In this document: positions 47,649-60,143 of the stretch, piece after piece
Layout of the letters: each line of letters begins with the position of its first letter
Numbering within the stretch: the first letter of the stretch is position 1
DNA from: an uncultured Gammaproteobacteria bacterium
GTDB lineage: Bacteria > Pseudomonadota > Gammaproteobacteria > UBA9214
DNA length: 64,000 nucleotides
NCBI GenBank assembly: GCA_963773065.1
Contig: CAVYZN010000023.1
Span: forward strand, 32,001 to 96,000
Direction of reading: 5' to 3'
Program-made: the position numbers and the translations under genes
The notes under the pieces: generated by a model
Told to the model about the DNA's origin: nothing
Databases searched by the model: none
Seen by the model: only the letters and a program-made list of their open reading frames with translations

Positions 47649-49621
47649 GCGCCTGCCCCCGTGCCTAGGAAGACGAACCAGAACAGCAGCAGCAGCAGGC
47701 CGATGATCATGCTGAAGGCGTAGTGATAGAGGTAACCGGACTGCACCTGGCGCACCACGCCGGCCACCCAGCCCACCATGCGGGCGCTGCCGTTGACGAT
47801 CAGGCCGTCGATGATCAGCGTGTCGCCGAGCCTCCACAGCAGCCGCCCGACCCCGCGCGCGCCGCCGGCGAACACGGCCTCGTTGAAATCATCGGCGTAG
47901 TATTTGTTGACCAGGAGTTGATGGATGCCGCGAAAGCGCCGGGCGATGTTCCCGGCGACGGCCGGGTTCTTCATGTAGACATACCAGGCGGTCGCCACCC
48001 CGGCGAGGGCCAGGTAGAGCGGCCGGTCCCCCGAAGGCATGCCGCATGAAGCCCAGCGGCCCGTGGTAATGCGCGGCCAGTTCGCCCAGCACGTCATGCG
48101 CTGCGGCGACGGTGGATCGCGCCGTCGAAGAAATCGCCGAACACCACCGGACCGAGCCAGTAGCCGGCGAGCACCGAGGGGATGGCGAGCAGGATCAGCG
48201 GCGCGGTCACCACCCAGGGGGTCTCGTGCAGGTGCTCGCGGGTGTGTGCATCCATGCGCGGTTCGCCGTGGAACACGATGAAATACAGGCGGAAGCTGTA
48301 CAGCGCGGTGACGAACACGCCGAGCAGCACCGCCCAGTAGGCGATGCCCGCGCCCGGGAGGTGCGAGTCATGCACCGCCTCGATGATGGTGTCCTTGGAG
48401 AAGAAGCCGGAGAACAACGGCGTGCCGATCAGCGCCAGCGTGCCGATCAGGAAGGTGATCCAGGTGATCGGCATGTACTGGCGCATTCCGCCCATGTTGC
48501 GGATGTCCTGCTCGTGGTGCATGGCGATGATGACCGAACCCGCCGCGAGGAACAGCAGCGCCTTGAAGAAGGCATGGGTCATGAGGTGGAAGATGCCGGC
48601 GGCGTAGGCCGAGGCGCCCAGCGCCACGGTCATGTAGCCGAGCTGGGAGAGCGTCGAGTAGGCGATCACGCGCTTGATGTCGTTCTGCACGATGCCGAGG
48701 AACCCCATGAACAGCGCCGTGATCGCGCCGATGATCAGCACCACGCTCAGCGCGGTCTCCGACAGCTCGTAGAGCGGCGACATGCGCGCCACCATGAAGA
48801 TGCCGGCGGTGACCATGGTGGCGGCGTGGATCAGCGCCGAGATCGGCGTCGGGCCTTCCATGGAATCCGGCAGCCACACATGCAGCGGCACCTGGGCGGA
48901 CTTGCCCATGGCGCCGATGAACAGCGGAGATGCAGATGACCGTCAGCAGCGACCAGCTGGCTGCCGGAGAGGATTTCATAGCTCGTGGCCGCGAACTGCG
49001 GGGCCGCGGCAAACACCGTGGCGTAGTCCAGGCTGTTGAAGTGGGCGTAGATGGCGGCGATGCCCAGCAGAAAGCCGAAGTCCCCCACGCGGTTCACCAG
49101 GAAGGCCTTGAGGTTGGCGTGGATCGCGGTCTCGCGCGTGTACCAGAAGCCGATCAGCAAATAGGACACCAGGCCCACCGCCTCCCAGCCGAAGAAGAGC
49201 TGCAGGAAGTTGTTGGACATCACCAGCATCAGCATGGAGAAGGTGAACAGCGCGATATAACTGAAGAAGCGCTGGTAGCCCGGATCGTCGTGCATGTAGC
49301 CGATGGTGTAGACATGCACCATCGAGCGAGACGAAACTCACCACGGCGATCATCAGCGCCGTCAGCTTGTCGATCAGGAAGCCGATCTCGAAGCGCACCC
49401 CGTCGGAGACCATCCAGGTATAGACGCTGCCGTTGTAGGGCCCGGCGCCGTCGATGGCGATGTGCTTGAACACGATCAGCGACAGCACGAACGAGACCGC
49501 GACGCCCAGGATGGTGACCGTGTGCGCGCCCGCGCGGCCGATCTGCCGTCCGAACAGGCCGGCGACGATGGCGCCGAAGCAGCGGCGCGAGCGGTATGGC
49601 GAGGTAGAGATTCTCCATCAT
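47645..49621 (-). CDS. nuoL: NADH-quinone oxidoreductase subunit L (frameshifted)
   Basis: [43 protein letters not shown]. Confidence 0.95.
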
Positions 49622-49634
49622 TAGCCCTTCACAT

Positions 49635-49940
49635 TTAGCCCTTCAGGGTATCCAGGTCATCGACGTTGATGGTCTGGCGGTTGCGGAACAGCACCACCAG
49701 GATCGCCAGCCCGATGGCGGACTCCGCGGCGGCGACGGTCAGGATGAAGAACACGAACACCTGCCCGGCGGTATCGCCCAGGAAATAGGAGAAGGCGATG
49801 AAGTTCATGTTGACCGCCAGCAGCATCAGCTCGATCGCCATCAGCAGGATGATGACGTTCTTGCGGTTGAGGAAGATCCCGGCGACGCTCAGCCCGAACA
49901 GGATGGCGCCCAGTATCAGATAGTCGGACAGTGCGATCAT
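49635..49940 (-). CDS. nuoK: NADH-quinone oxidoreductase subunit K
   Basis: [30 protein letters not shown]. Confidence 0.97.
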   Translation of the reverse strand: MIALSDYLILGAILFGLSVAGIFLNRKNVIILLMAIELMLLAVNMNFIAFSYFLGDTAGQVFVFFILTVAAAESAIGLAILVVLFRNRQTINVDDLDTLKG

Positions 49941-49975
49941 TTTCTATCAATCGTTTTCAATATGTGATTTCACAA

Positions 49976-50119
49976 ATTCACCGCAGAGACGCAAAGAACG
50001 CAGAGACACATTTTTAACAACAAAAGGTTCCTGTCCAGGTGTCATGTAACATACAGGTCCTGTTTCATCTTTGCTTTGTTCATACCTTACTTTGCGTTCT
50101 CTGCGTCTCTGCGGTGAAT
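49976..50119. repeat. 30-bp inverted-repeat element with AT-rich spacer between nuoJ and nuoK
   Basis: ATTCACCGCAGAGACGCAAAGAACGCAGAG versus the reverse complement of CTTTGCGTTCTCTGCGTCTCTGCGGTGAAT (28/30 match). Confidence 0.75.
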
Positions 50120-50131
50120 CATCGTTCTATC

Positions 50132-50737
50132 CTATTGCCTGTCTTCCGAACGCATCTTCACCAGGCGCACGCGGTCGGCGCGCTTCACGGCCACCTGCGC
50201 CGCCGGGTTCTGGTACTTCGTCTCCGGGCGGCGGCGCATGGTGAGCGCGATGGCGGCGATGATGGCCACCAGCAGGATCACCGCGGCGATCTCGAAGGGA
50301 TAGACGTAATCGGTATAGAGCACGCCGCCCAGTTCACGGGTGTTGCTGTAGCCCGCCGCGTGCCGCGCCGGGATGGCCACCGCCTGCGGGCCGAAATGCT
50401 TCACCCCGACCACCAGGCTCATCTCGAGCACGATGAGCAACGCCACGGTGAGCCCGACCGGCAGGTAGCGGATGAAACCTTCCCGCAGCGGCGTGACATT
50501 GATGTCCAGCATCATCACCACGAACAGAAACAGCACCATCACGGCGCCGACGTAGACCAGCACCAGGGCGATGGCGAGGAATTCCGCCTCGAGCAGCAGC
50601 CACAGCCCGGCGCTGGTGAAAAACGCCAGCACCAGGTGCAGCGCGGCGTGCACCGGGTTGCGCACCGTGATGACGCGCCCCGCCGCGAACACCAGGATGG
50701 CGGCGAGCATGTAGAAGACGAGGCGATCAAAATCCAT
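50132..50737 (-). CDS. nuoJ: NADH-quinone oxidoreductase subunit J
   Basis: RNPVHAAL, VYVGAVMVLFLFVVMML, YPFEIAAVILL. Confidence 0.97.
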   Translation of the reverse strand: MDFDRLVFYMLAAILVFAAGRVITVRNPVHAALHLVLAFFTSAGLWLLLEAEFLAIALVLVYVGAVMVLFLFVVMMLDINVTPLREGFIRYLPVGLTVALLIVLEMSLVVGVKHFGPQAVAIPARHAAGYSNTRELGGVLYTDYVYPFEIAAVILLVAIIAAIALTMRRRPETKYQNPAAQVAVKRADRVRLVKMRSEDRQ

Positions 50738-50742
50738 GCTGT

Positions 50743-51232
50743 CTACCGGTAGGCCGCATCTTCCATGCGGTCCTTGGCGATCTGGGCCTCATACTGGTCG
50801 CCGACGGCGAGCAGCATGTCCTTGGTCATGATGTGCTCGCCCCGCTTCTCGAAGGCGTACTCGAAGATGCGCGTTTCGACGATGGAGTCCACCGGGCAGG
50901 ATTCCTCGCAGAATCCGCAGTAGATGCACTTGAACAGGTCGATGTCGTAGCGCGTGGTGCGCCGGGTGCCGTCTTCGCGCTCCTCCGCCTCGATGGTGAT
51001 GGCGAGCGCCGGGCACACGGCCTCGCACAGCTTGCAGGCGATGCAGCGTTCTTCCCCGTTGGGGTAGCGGCGCAGGGCGTGCAGTCCCCGGAAGCGGCGC
51101 GACTGCGGGGTCTTCTCCTCGGGATACTGCACCGTGATCTTGCGCCGGAAGAGCTGCGCGCGCGGTCAGGCCCAGGCCCTTGCGCAGCTCGCTGAGCGTC
51201 AGGCTCTTCAGATAGGCGCCGAATCCGTCCAT
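50743..51232 (-). CDS. nuoI: NADH-quinone oxidoreductase subunit I (frameshifted)
   Basis: [12 protein letters not shown] and [12 protein letters not shown] 2x[4Fe-4S] motifs. Confidence 0.96.
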
Positions 51233-51246
51233 AGCCGCGTGTTGCC

Positions 51247-52345
51247 TCAGTCGAACCAGGGGCCGACGCCGGCCACCACGGCCGCGCCTTCCACCGCCAG
51301 CCACACGATGGTGATCGGGATGAACACCTTCCAGCCGAGGCGCATGATCTGGTCATAGCGGTAGCGCGGGAAGGTGGCGCGCAGCCAGAGAAAGACGAAC
51401 AGGAAGAGCGAGGTCTTCGCCGATCAGCCAGGCGATGCCGGGCACCCAGGCAAACCAGGACTCGAACCAGGTTCCCTGAAGCGGCGACAGCCAGCCGCCC
51501 ATGAACATCACCGCCGTCAGCGTGGCGATCAGGATCATGTTGGCGTATTCCGCCAGGAAGAACACGGCGAAGGCCATGCCGGAGTATTCCACATGGAAGC
51601 CCGCCACGATCTCCGACTCGCCTTCCGCCACGTCGAAGGGGGCGCGGTTGGTCTCCGCCACCCCGGAGATGAAGTAGACCAGGAACAGCGGGAACAGCGG
51701 CAGCCAGAACCAGTGCAGCAGGCTGCCCTGCTGGGCCAGCACGATCTCGCGCAGATTCAGGCTGCCGCCGGCGATCAGCACGCCGACCAGGGCGAAGCCC
51801 ATGGAGATTTCATAGGCCACGATCTGCGCCGCGGAGCGCATCGCGCCGAGCAAGGCATATTTCGAATTGGACGCCCAGCCGGCGATGATGACGCCGTACA
51901 CGCCCATCGAGGTAAGCGCCAGTATATACAGCAGGCTGGCATCGATGTTCGCCAGCACCAGGGTGCCGGTGAACGGCATCACCGCCCAGGCCGCCAGCGC
52001 CGGGGCGATGGAGAGCATCGGGGCGATCACGAACAGGAAGCGGTCGGCGTTGGTCGGGATGATGATTTCCTTCATCAGCAGCTTCACGACATCGGCGATC
52101 GGCTGCAGCCAGCCGCGCGGCCCGACGCGGTTCGGCCCGATGCGCACCTGCATGTAGCCGATGATCTTGCGCTCGGCGTAGGTCAGGTAGGCGACGGACA
52201 GCATCAGCGGCAGCAGGATCGCGATGATCTTGAGCACGATGAACGCCGGCATGCCTGAGGATTTCCCAGAATGCTCAGCAGTCATCGTCGACGGCCAGTT
52301 GTACCGACGTCCTGCAGCTGATCAGGGTGATCGCCAATGGGTCAC
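51247..52345 (-). CDS. nuoH: NADH-quinone oxidoreductase subunit H (frameshifted, start uncertain)
   Basis: [40 protein letters not shown]. Confidence 0.94.
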
Positions 52346-52373
52346 TGTAGGATTATTGCAGCGCTGTGTACTG

Positions 52374-54795
52374 TCAGGCCCGGTCCTCATGCCCGCTCGA
52401 TGTAACCGGCCCGTAGCTCGGCGCCGAGACCCGCCGTTGCCGGGGTGCCGCTCGGCAACCAGAGGCATCCCGCGGGCACCCGTTCATCGATCTGAAGCGG
52501 CAGCGTGACGCGGCGCCCGCCCTGGGTGAGACTGACGGAGCCGGCGCCGCTCACACCGCTTTGCACAGCCTGCGCCGCGCACAGTCGCGCCACGACGGCC
52601 GCGAGCGCATCCGGCGTTTCCTGCAGGGCGGCGGCGCGGCGCACCAGGGCATCGGCGGAATGGATCGCCACATCGCCGATCCGCTCCAGACCCTGCCGGC
52701 CGGCGGGCGCGGCGGCGACCGGACCGCTGCCTCGCTGGTCGGCCACCGCCGCGGCATCGACCCGGCGGCGCAGTTCATCGCGCACTTCCTCGCTGAACTG
52801 GTGTAGTCAAACCCGTCCAGCCCGAGCCGGTTGCCGAGCACGCGCAGCACCTTCCAGCCGGGCCGGCTGCTCGGCGTGCGGACGCGGCGACACCGGCAAA
52901 GCTCTGCCAGCGTCCCTCGGCATTGACGAAAGTCCCGGAGGTTTCCGTGTAGGGCGCGATCGGCAGCAGCACGTTCGCACCGGTCTTCATCGCCGCGCTC
53001 GCCCAGGGGGTGAGCGCGACCACGCAGCCGGCGGTGGCGAGCGCCCGGGCGGCGGCGCCCGAGTCCCAGCAGTCGTGTTCCGGTTCGACGCCCACCAGCA
53101 GGTAACCCCGGCGCGGGTTCTCCAGCATGTCGCGGGCGTTCAGGCCGGCCGCGGCGACGGAGGCTCCCGCCGCGCCGCGATGCGGCAGCACGCCCGCGAG
53201 CCAGCCGCCGACGCTGTTCGCCGCCTCCGGCAAATGCCCGAGCACCGCGCCGCTGGCCGCGGCGATCACCGCGGCCAGCGCCGTGAGCAGCGAGTACTGC
53301 GGATGCGCCGTGGCCGTATTGCCCAGCAGCACCGTGCGGCGGCCGGCGCTCCGCAGGGCCTGCGCCATGGCGCGCTGGACTATCATCCGGGACGGCGGCG
53401 GCGATCAGGCGGCGCACCGCCTCCGGCGCCGTGCCGCCGGCATCCGGGAAACAGGCCGCGATACCCGCCAGCGCCGCCGCCATGCCGGATGGCGGCACGA
53501 TGGCCTTCGCATGCACCGGCATGGGGAATTCGTAGTCGATGGGGTTCACGAACATCACGCGGGCGCCCGCGAGCGCCGCCTTGCGCAGACGGTGGGCGGC
53601 GAGCGGCTGCTCCTTGCGCGGATTGGAGCCGATCACCAGGGCCGCCGTGACGGTTTCCAGCGCCTGCAGCGATTGGCCCAGCGTGGGCGCAAGCGGCGCA
53701 TTGTCCTGGTCGGTGAAATCGGCCTGGCGCAGGCGGTGATCGATGTTGTTCGTCCCCAGGCCCCGCGCGACGGCCTGGGCCAGAGTACATCTCCTCCAGC
53801 GTCGCCGTGGGCGAGACCAGCAGGCCGAGCTGTTCGGCGCCGTGTTCGCCGGCGACCGACTTGAGGCCGTCGACGGCCGCCTGCAGCGCGGCGTCCCAGT
53901 CGGTTTCCCGCCAGCGGCCGTCCACCTTGACCATGGGGGATCCCAGGCGGTCATCGGCGTACAGGCCCTCGTAGCTGAAGCGGTCGCGGTCGGACAGCCA
54001 GACTTCGTTGATGGCCTCGTTCTCGCGCGGCACCACGCGCATCACCTGCCCGCGGCGGGTGTGCACATAGATATTGGAGCCGACGGAGTCATGCGGCGCC
54101 ACGGAGGCGCCCTGGTTCAACTCCCAGGCGCGCGCCTTGAAGCGGAACGGCCGGGAGGTGAGCGCCCCCACCGGGCAGATATCGATCACGTTGCCCGAGA
54201 GTTCGGATTCGAGCGAGCCCTCGATGTAGGTGCCGATCTCCATGTTCTCGCCGCGCCCGGTCGCGCCCAGCTCCATCTTGCCGGCGACCTCGCGCAGCAG
54301 GCGGATGCAGCGCGTGCAGTGGATGCAGCGCGTCATGTCGGTGGCGATCAGCGGGCCGATGTACTTGTCCTTCACCACGCGCTTGTTCTCCGCGAAGCGC
54401 GAGACGTCGCGGCCGTAGCCGAGCGCCAGGTCCTGCAGTTCGCACTCCCCGCCCTGGTCGCAGATCGGGCAGTCGAGCGGGTGGTTGATGAGCAGGAATT
54501 CCATCACGGCCTTCTGCGCGCCGCGGGCGAGCTCCGAGCGGGTGGATATCTTCATGCCCGCGGCGACCGGGGTCGCGCAGGCCGGCACCGGTTTCGACAT
54601 CTTCTCCACCTGCACCAGGCACATGCGGCAGTTGGCGGCGATGGAGAGTTTCTTGTGGTAGCAGAAACGCGGGATGTAGATCCCGGCCTGGTCCGCCACC
54701 TCGATGATCATGGCGCCCTTGCGCGCCTTAAGCGCACGCCCGTCGATCTCGATCGCTACCGCTTCCGCCGGCGGGATCTCGGGACGGGCGCTCAT
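52374..54795 (-). CDS. nuoG: NADH-quinone oxidoreductase subunit G (multiple frameshifts)
   Basis: [46 protein letters not shown]. Confidence 0.95.
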
Positions 54796-56093
54796 GCGGC
54801 GACTCCGGTCGAGACGGCGCCGGGGCCCGCCAGGCAGCGCTTGTGGGTGATGTGGTATTCGAACTCGTGGCGGTAATGCCGGAGGAAGCTCTGCACCGGC
54901 CAGGCCGAGGCTTCGCCGAAGGCGCAGATGGTGCGGCCCTCGATCTGGCCCGCGGCGCTCGCCAGCAGGTCCAGGTCCTCGGGACGCCCCTGCCCTTCCT
55001 CGATGCGCTTGATGACCCGGTACATCCAGCCGGTGCCTTCCCGGCAGGGCGTGCACTGGCCGCAGGATTCCGCGTAATAGAACCGCGAGATGCGCAGCAG
55101 CGCGCGCACCATGCAGGTGGAGTCGTCCATCACCATGACGCCGCCGGAGCCGAGCGCCGAGCCGGCCTTGGAGAGCGAGTCATAGTCCATGGTGCAGCCC
55201 ATGATGGCCGCGGCCGGCATGACCGGCATGGAGGAGCCGCCCGGGATCACCGCCTTCAACGCATGGCCGTGGCGCACGCCGCCGGCCATCTCCAGCAGGT
55301 CGCGGAACGGGATGCCCATCGGCACCTCGAAGTTGCCCGGCCGGTTGACGTGCCCGGACACGGAGAAGATCTTCACGCCGCCGTTGTTCGGCTTGCCGAG
55401 CTTGAGGAACCACTCGCCGCCGTTGCGCATGATGGCGGGCACGGAGGCCAGCGTCTCGGTGTTGTTGATGGTGGTGGGCCTGCCGTACAGGCCGTAGTTG
55501 GCCGGAAACGGCGGCTTGAAGCGCGGCTGGCCCTTCTTGCCTTCCAGCGATTCGAGCAGCGCGGTTTCCTCGCCGCAGATGTAGGCCCCGGCGCCGAGAT
55601 GCCCGTGGCATTCGAAGTCGACGCCGGAACCGAGCAGATTCCTGCCCACGAAGCCGGCCGCGCGCGCCTCCGCGAGCGCGTGCTCGAAACGCTCGAACGG
55701 CTCGTGGTGAAACTCGCCGCGCATGTAGTTGTAGCCCACCGTGGCGCCCATGGCGTAACCGGCGATCGCCATGCCCTCGACCAGGGCATGCGGATTGAAG
55801 CGCAGGATGTCGCGGTCCTTGCAGGTACCCGGTTCGGATTCGTCCGAGTTGCACACGAGGTACTTCTGCACCGGCGCATTGCGGGGCATGAAGCTCCATT
55901 TGAGCCCGGTCGGGAAGCCCGCGCCGCCGCGCCCGCGCAGGCCCGATTGCTTCACCTCGTCGATGATCTCCTCGGGCGGGGTCTTCTCCCGCAGGATCTT
56001 CCGCCACGCCTGGTAGCCGCCGACCTTGAGGTAGTTCTCCAGGGTCCACGGCTCGTCGAACTGCAGGGTGGCGAAACAGATCTGTTCGGTCAT
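54792..56093 (-). CDS. nuoF: NADH-quinone oxidoreductase subunit F
   Basis: [40 protein letters not shown]. Confidence 0.98.
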   Translation of the reverse strand: MTEQICFATLQFDEPWTLENYLKVGGYQAWRKILREKTPPEEIIDEVKQSGLRGRGGAGFPTGLKWSFMPRNAPVQKYLVCNSDESEPGTCKDRDILRFNPHALVEGMAIAGYAMGATVGYNYMRGEFHHEPFERFEHALAEARAAGFVGRNLLGSGVDFECHGHLGAGAYICGEETALLESLEGKKGQPRFKPPFPANYGLYGRPTTINNTETLASVPAIMRNGGEWFLKLGKPNNGGVKIFSVSGHVNRPGNFEVPMGIPFRDLLEMAGGVRHGHALKAVIPGGSSMPVMPAAAIMGCTMDYDSLSKAGSALGSGGVMVMDDSTCMVRALLRISRFYYAESCGQCTPCREGTGWMYRVIKRIEEGQGRPEDLDLLASAAGQIEGRTICAFGEASAWPVQSFLRHYRHEFEYHITHKRCLAGPGAVSTGVAA

Positions 56094-56096
56094 GTC

Positions 56097-56601
56097 CTAC
56101 TCCAGCGCGTCCAGGATCTCGTCCACCTTCGCGGCGGTGAGATGCTCGTGGTAGTGTCCGTCGACGGTCATCATGGGTGCGCCGGCGCAGGCGGCCAGAC
56201 ACTCCTCCTCGCGCTTGAGGGTGATGCGCCCGTCGGGGGTGGTTTCGCCGAGCCGGATGCCGAGCCGGTTCTCCACATGCGCCACGAGGCTCGTCCGCCC
56301 CGCACAGCATGCAGGACAGGTTGGTGCACAGGGAGACCATGTGCCGCCCGACCGGTTTGAGCTCGATCATGGAATAGAAGGTGCCCACCTCGTAGACCTG
56401 CATCCTGGGCATGTTCAGGTACTCGGCCACCGCGTCCATCAGCTCGCGGCTGACCCAGCCGCCGTTCTGCGCCTGCACGATGTGCAGCGCCGGCAGCACC
56501 GCGGACTGGCGCTGGTCGGGCGGATACTTCGCCAGCCAGGCATCGATCTGCGCGCGCGAGGCGGCGCTGATCAGTCCGGTCGTGTCCATCTGTGCGTTCA
56601 T
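56097..56601 (-). CDS. nuoE: NADH-quinone oxidoreductase subunit E (frameshifted)
   Basis: [32 protein letters not shown]. Confidence 0.94.
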
Positions 56602-56651
56602 GTCACGTCGATTCACACTACGCGACAGCGCCAAGCAGTATCTGATCTCTG

Positions 56652-56733
56652 CGTAGGAGCGGGCTTGCCCGCGAACACGCGTTTCATGATCACTGGTTCG
56701 CTCAACCGGTTCGCGGGCAAGCCCGCTCCTACG
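56652..56733. repeat. GTAG-type REP doublet (REPIN) between nuoD and nuoE
   Basis: CGTAGGAGCGGGCTTGCCCGCGAA ... TTCGCGGGCAAGCCCGCTCCTACG, a perfect 24-bp inverted pair. Confidence 0.85.
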
Positions 56734-56744
56734 ATTGATCCGGT

Positions 56745-57999
56745 TCACCGGTCGATTTCCCCGAACACGATGTCCTGCGAGCCGATTATCGCCACCACGT
56801 CGGCCAGCATGTGGCCGCGCACCATCTCGTTCAAGCTGGCCAGATGGGGGAAGCCGGGGGCGCGCACCTTCAGCCGGTAGGGCTTGTTGGCGCCATCCGA
56901 GATCAGGTACACGCCGAATTCGCCCTTCGGGTGCTCGACCGCGGCGTAGGCCTCGCCCTCGGGGATGCAGAAACCCTCGGTGAACAGCTTGAAATGATGG
57001 ATCAGGGCCTCCATGTCGGCCTTCATTTCCTCGCGCCGCGGCGGCGTCAGCTTGTGATCGTCCAGCATCACCGGCCCGGGATTGCCCGCGCAACCACTCG
57101 ATGCACTGTTTGATGATGCGGTTGGACTGGCGCATCTCCTCGATGCGCACCAGATAGCGATCATAGCAGTCGCCGGTCGCGCCCACCGGGATGTCGAAAT
57201 CCATGCGCTCGTAGACCGCGTAGGGCTGCTTCTTGCGCAGGTCCCACTCGACCCCGGAGCCGCGCAGCATCGGGCCGGTGAAGCCAAGCTGCAGGGCGCG
57301 CTCCGGCGGCACCACGCCGATGCCGACGGTGCGCTGTTTCCAGATGCGGTTGTCGGTCAGCAGGGTTTCGTAGTCGTCCACGCAGCGCGGGAAGCGCTCG
57401 GTGAAGGCCGCGATGAAATCGAGCAGCGAGCCCTGGCGGTCCGCGTTCTTGCGGTCCACCTCCTTCTGGTTGTGCCATTTCGAGGCCGCGTATTTGGGCA
57501 TGGCTTCCGGCAGGTCGCGATAGACGCCGCCGGGGCGGTAATAGGTCGCGTGCATGCGCGTGCCCGAGACCGCCTCGTAGCAGTCCATCAGGTCCTCGCG
57601 CTCGCGGAAGGTGTAGAGGAACACCGTCATCGCGCCGATATCGAGCCCGTGCGCGCCGAGCCACAGCAGGTGGTTCAGGATGCGGGTGATCTCGTCGAAC
57701 ATGACGCGGATGTACTGGGCGCGCAGCGGCGGCGTCACCCCCAGCAGCTTCTCCATGGCGAGCACATAACCGTGCTCGTTGCACATCATGGAGACGTAGT
57801 CGAGGCGGTCCATGTAGCCGATGCTCTGGTTCCAGGGCTTGCTCTCGGCGAGCTTCTCCGTGCCGCGATGCAACAGGCCGATGTGCGGGTCGGCGCGCTC
57901 GATCACCTCGCCGTCCAGCTCCAGCACCAGGCGCAGCACGCCGTGGGCCGCCGGGTGCTGCGGGCCGAAGTTGAGGGTGTAATTGCGGATCTCGGGCAT
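56745..57999 (-). CDS. nuoD: NADH-quinone oxidoreductase subunit D (one frameshift)
   Basis: [34 protein letters not shown]. Confidence 0.97.
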
Positions 58000-58002
58000 G
58001 GC

Positions 58003-58734
58003 TTATTCCGCCGCTTCCGCGGCTTTCGGCGCATCGGGCGCCGCGGGCCTCGCGGCGCGGATCACCTTGGGCACGAGCACGCGCGGTTCGATGCTGACCG
58101 GCTGGTAGACGACGCGCCGCTTCTCGGGGTCGTAGATGACCTCGACGTTGCCGCTCAGCGGGAAGTCCTTGCGGAACGGATAGCCGATGAAGCCGTAATC
58201 GGTGAGCAGGCGGCGCAGGTCCGGATGGCCGTCGAACAGGATGCCGAACAGGTCGAACGCCTCGCGCTCGTACCAGTCGGCGCTGTTCCAGACCGTGATC
58301 ACGGACGGCACCACCGGCAGCGCGTCCTCGGCGGCGTACACGCGCAGGCGCAGGCGGTGGTTCCGAGCGAGGGACAGCAGGTGATAGACCACGGCGAAGC
58401 GTTGCGCCGCCCAGGGTTTCTCCACCACCAGATCCTCCGTGACCGCCGTCAGGCGGCCTTCGGTCCAGGCCTCGACGCCGCGGCTGAAGCCGGAAGTCGA
58501 GGATTCCTCGGTGGTCCATTCATCCTTGCCGTAACTGGCATAGTCCACGCCGCACAGGTCGACCAGCATTTCAAAGGCAAACGCCGGCTCGTCGCGCAGC
58601 GCGGTGGCCACGGCCAACAGGTTTTCCGGCGCCACCTCGACCGTGACCTCGCCCACCGCCACCGTCACGGAGCGCAGGCGGTCGCCGAAGCGTTGCTTGA
58701 GTTGCTCTGCGAGCCGGCTGGGACTATCGGTCAT
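58003..58734 (-). CDS. nuoC: NADH-quinone oxidoreductase subunit C
   Basis: [37 protein letters not shown]. Confidence 0.97.
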   Translation of the reverse strand: MTDSPSRLAEQLKQRFGDRLRSVTVAVGEVTVEVAPENLLAVATALRDEPAFAFEMLVDLCGVDYASYGKDEWTTEESSTSGFSRGVEAWTEGRLTAVTEDLVVEKPWAAQRFAVVYHLLSLARNHRLRLRVYAAEDALPVVPSVITVWNSADWYEREAFDLFGILFDGHPDLRRLLTDYGFIGYPFRKDFPLSGNVEVIYDPEKRRVVYQPVSIEPRVLVPKVIRAARPAAPDAPKAAEAAE

Positions 58735-58745
58735 GGACGGTGCCC

Positions 58746-59222
58746 TCAGCGGGCGATGGTGTTGGTGCGGCGGATCTTGTTCTGCAGTTGCATGATGCCG
58801 TACAGCAGGGCTTCGGCGGTCGGGGGGCAGCCCGGCACGTAGATGTCGACCGGGACGATCCGGTCGCAGCCGCGCACCACCGCGTAGGAGTAATGGTAAT
58901 AGCCGCCGCCGTTGGCGCAGGAACCCATGGAGATCACCCAGCGCGGTTCGGCCATCTGGTCATAGACCTTGCGCAGCGCCGGGGCCATCTTGTTCACCAG
59001 CGTGCCGGCGACGATCATCACGTCCGACTGGCGCGGGCTGGGGCGGAAGATGATGCCGAAGCGGTCCAGGTCATAGCGCGAGGCGCCGGCCTGCATCATC
59101 TCGACGGCGCAGCACGCCAGGCCGAAGGTCATCGGCCACAGCGAGCCGGTGCGCGCCCAGTTGATGAGCTGATCCGCCGTGGTGGTGACGAAGCCTTCCT
59201 TGAGCATCCCCTCTATTCCCAT
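58746..59222 (-). CDS. nuoB: NADH-quinone oxidoreductase subunit B
   Basis: [26 protein letters not shown]. Confidence 0.98.
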   Translation of the reverse strand: MGIEGMLKEGFVTTTADQLINWARTGSLWPMTFGLACCAVEMMQAGASRYDLDRFGIIFRPSPRQSDVMIVAGTLVNKMAPALRKVYDQMAEPRWVISMGSCANGGGYYHYSYAVVRGCDRIVPVDIYVPGCPPTAEALLYGIMQLQNKIRRTNTIAR

Positions 59223-59569
59223 TCGAGGGCGCCCTTCTTCCACTCGTAGATGAAGCCGATCACCAGGATCGCCAGGAAGATCATCATGGCGACAAAGCCG
59301 AATAGGCCGATGGAATCCAGCACCACGGCCCAGGGGAACAGGAAGGCGATCTCGAGATCGAAGATGATGAACAGGATGGCGACCAGGTAGTAGCGCACGT
59401 CGAAGCGCATGCGCGAATCCTCGAAGGCCTCGAAGCCGCACTCATAGGGCGAGAGTTTTTCGCTATCGGGTTTGTGCGGCGCCAGCAGGAACCCCGCCAG
59501 GATCGGGAGTACGCCGACGGCGATGCCGATGGCGATGAAGATCATGATGGGCAGGTAATTATCCAGCAT
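59213..59569 (-). CDS. nuoA: NADH-quinone oxidoreductase subunit A
   Basis: [39 protein letters not shown]. Confidence 0.98.
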   Translation of the reverse strand: MLDNYLPIMIFIAIGIAVGVLPILAGFLLAPHKPDSEKLSPYECGFEAFEDSRMRFDVRYYLVAILFIIFDLEIAFLFPWAVVLDSIGLFGFVAMMIFLAILVIGFIYEWKKGALEWE

Positions 59570-59661
59570 CTAAAAACCGCCTCGCGCGCCCCGGTCAACC
59601 GAGACCCGGCGCAATTGCAGAGTTTATGAAGAATTGGACCGGCCATGAAAAAGGATGTTGC

Positions 59662-59691
59662 AGTCTAGGCCAGCCGGGCGACGGGTGTCAA
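59662..59691 (-). promoter_or_regulatory. Candidate sigma-70 promoter of the nuo operon
   Basis: TTGACA-18 nt-TAGACT, about 90 nt upstream of nuoA. Confidence 0.5.
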
Positions 59692-60143
59692 GTTGGAGGC
59701 TGTCTGTTTTATCTATATTTTTCTTATGCTTAGTCTATTTTCTAGGGGTATAAAAAATACCCGTGCAAGGCCCGCCGGAGCCGGCGGATGCGCCGGGTCA
59801 ACAAACCGGAAAATGTTGCACGCGGCGCGGGATCGATCCGCTTCGGGAAATATGGTGCCGATGGCACTGCCCATCTTGGGCATTTGCCGAGCAAGTAACA
59901 TCGCGGCGGAACTAAGGGCTGCCCTGAGTACGTCCCTGGCTGAAGCCAGACGCCGTCCGAAGTCACGCGTAGTGGGATGTCCGGCGCCATAGGCACCAAG
60001 GAGCGCGAGGAAATGGACGCCAGACGCGCGGAAGGCTGATAAAAACGGCAGATACGGGCATTATCTCGACCTACCCGCTACTGCCCCATGTCTGAGACCG
60101 GGGCCTGGTTTACGGCGGCGGCATCCCTGCCGCCTCGAGCGGC

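Noticed and set aside
55180-57999. 939-aa ORF beginning with NuoD
   Set aside because: A chimera produced by frameshifts reading through nuoD, the REP element, nuoE and off-frame nuoF.
59853-59940. Possible tRNA-Leu upstream of nuoA
   Set aside because: Only the terminal TCGGCACCA matches; no T-loop (GTTCRA) or cloverleaf could be found.
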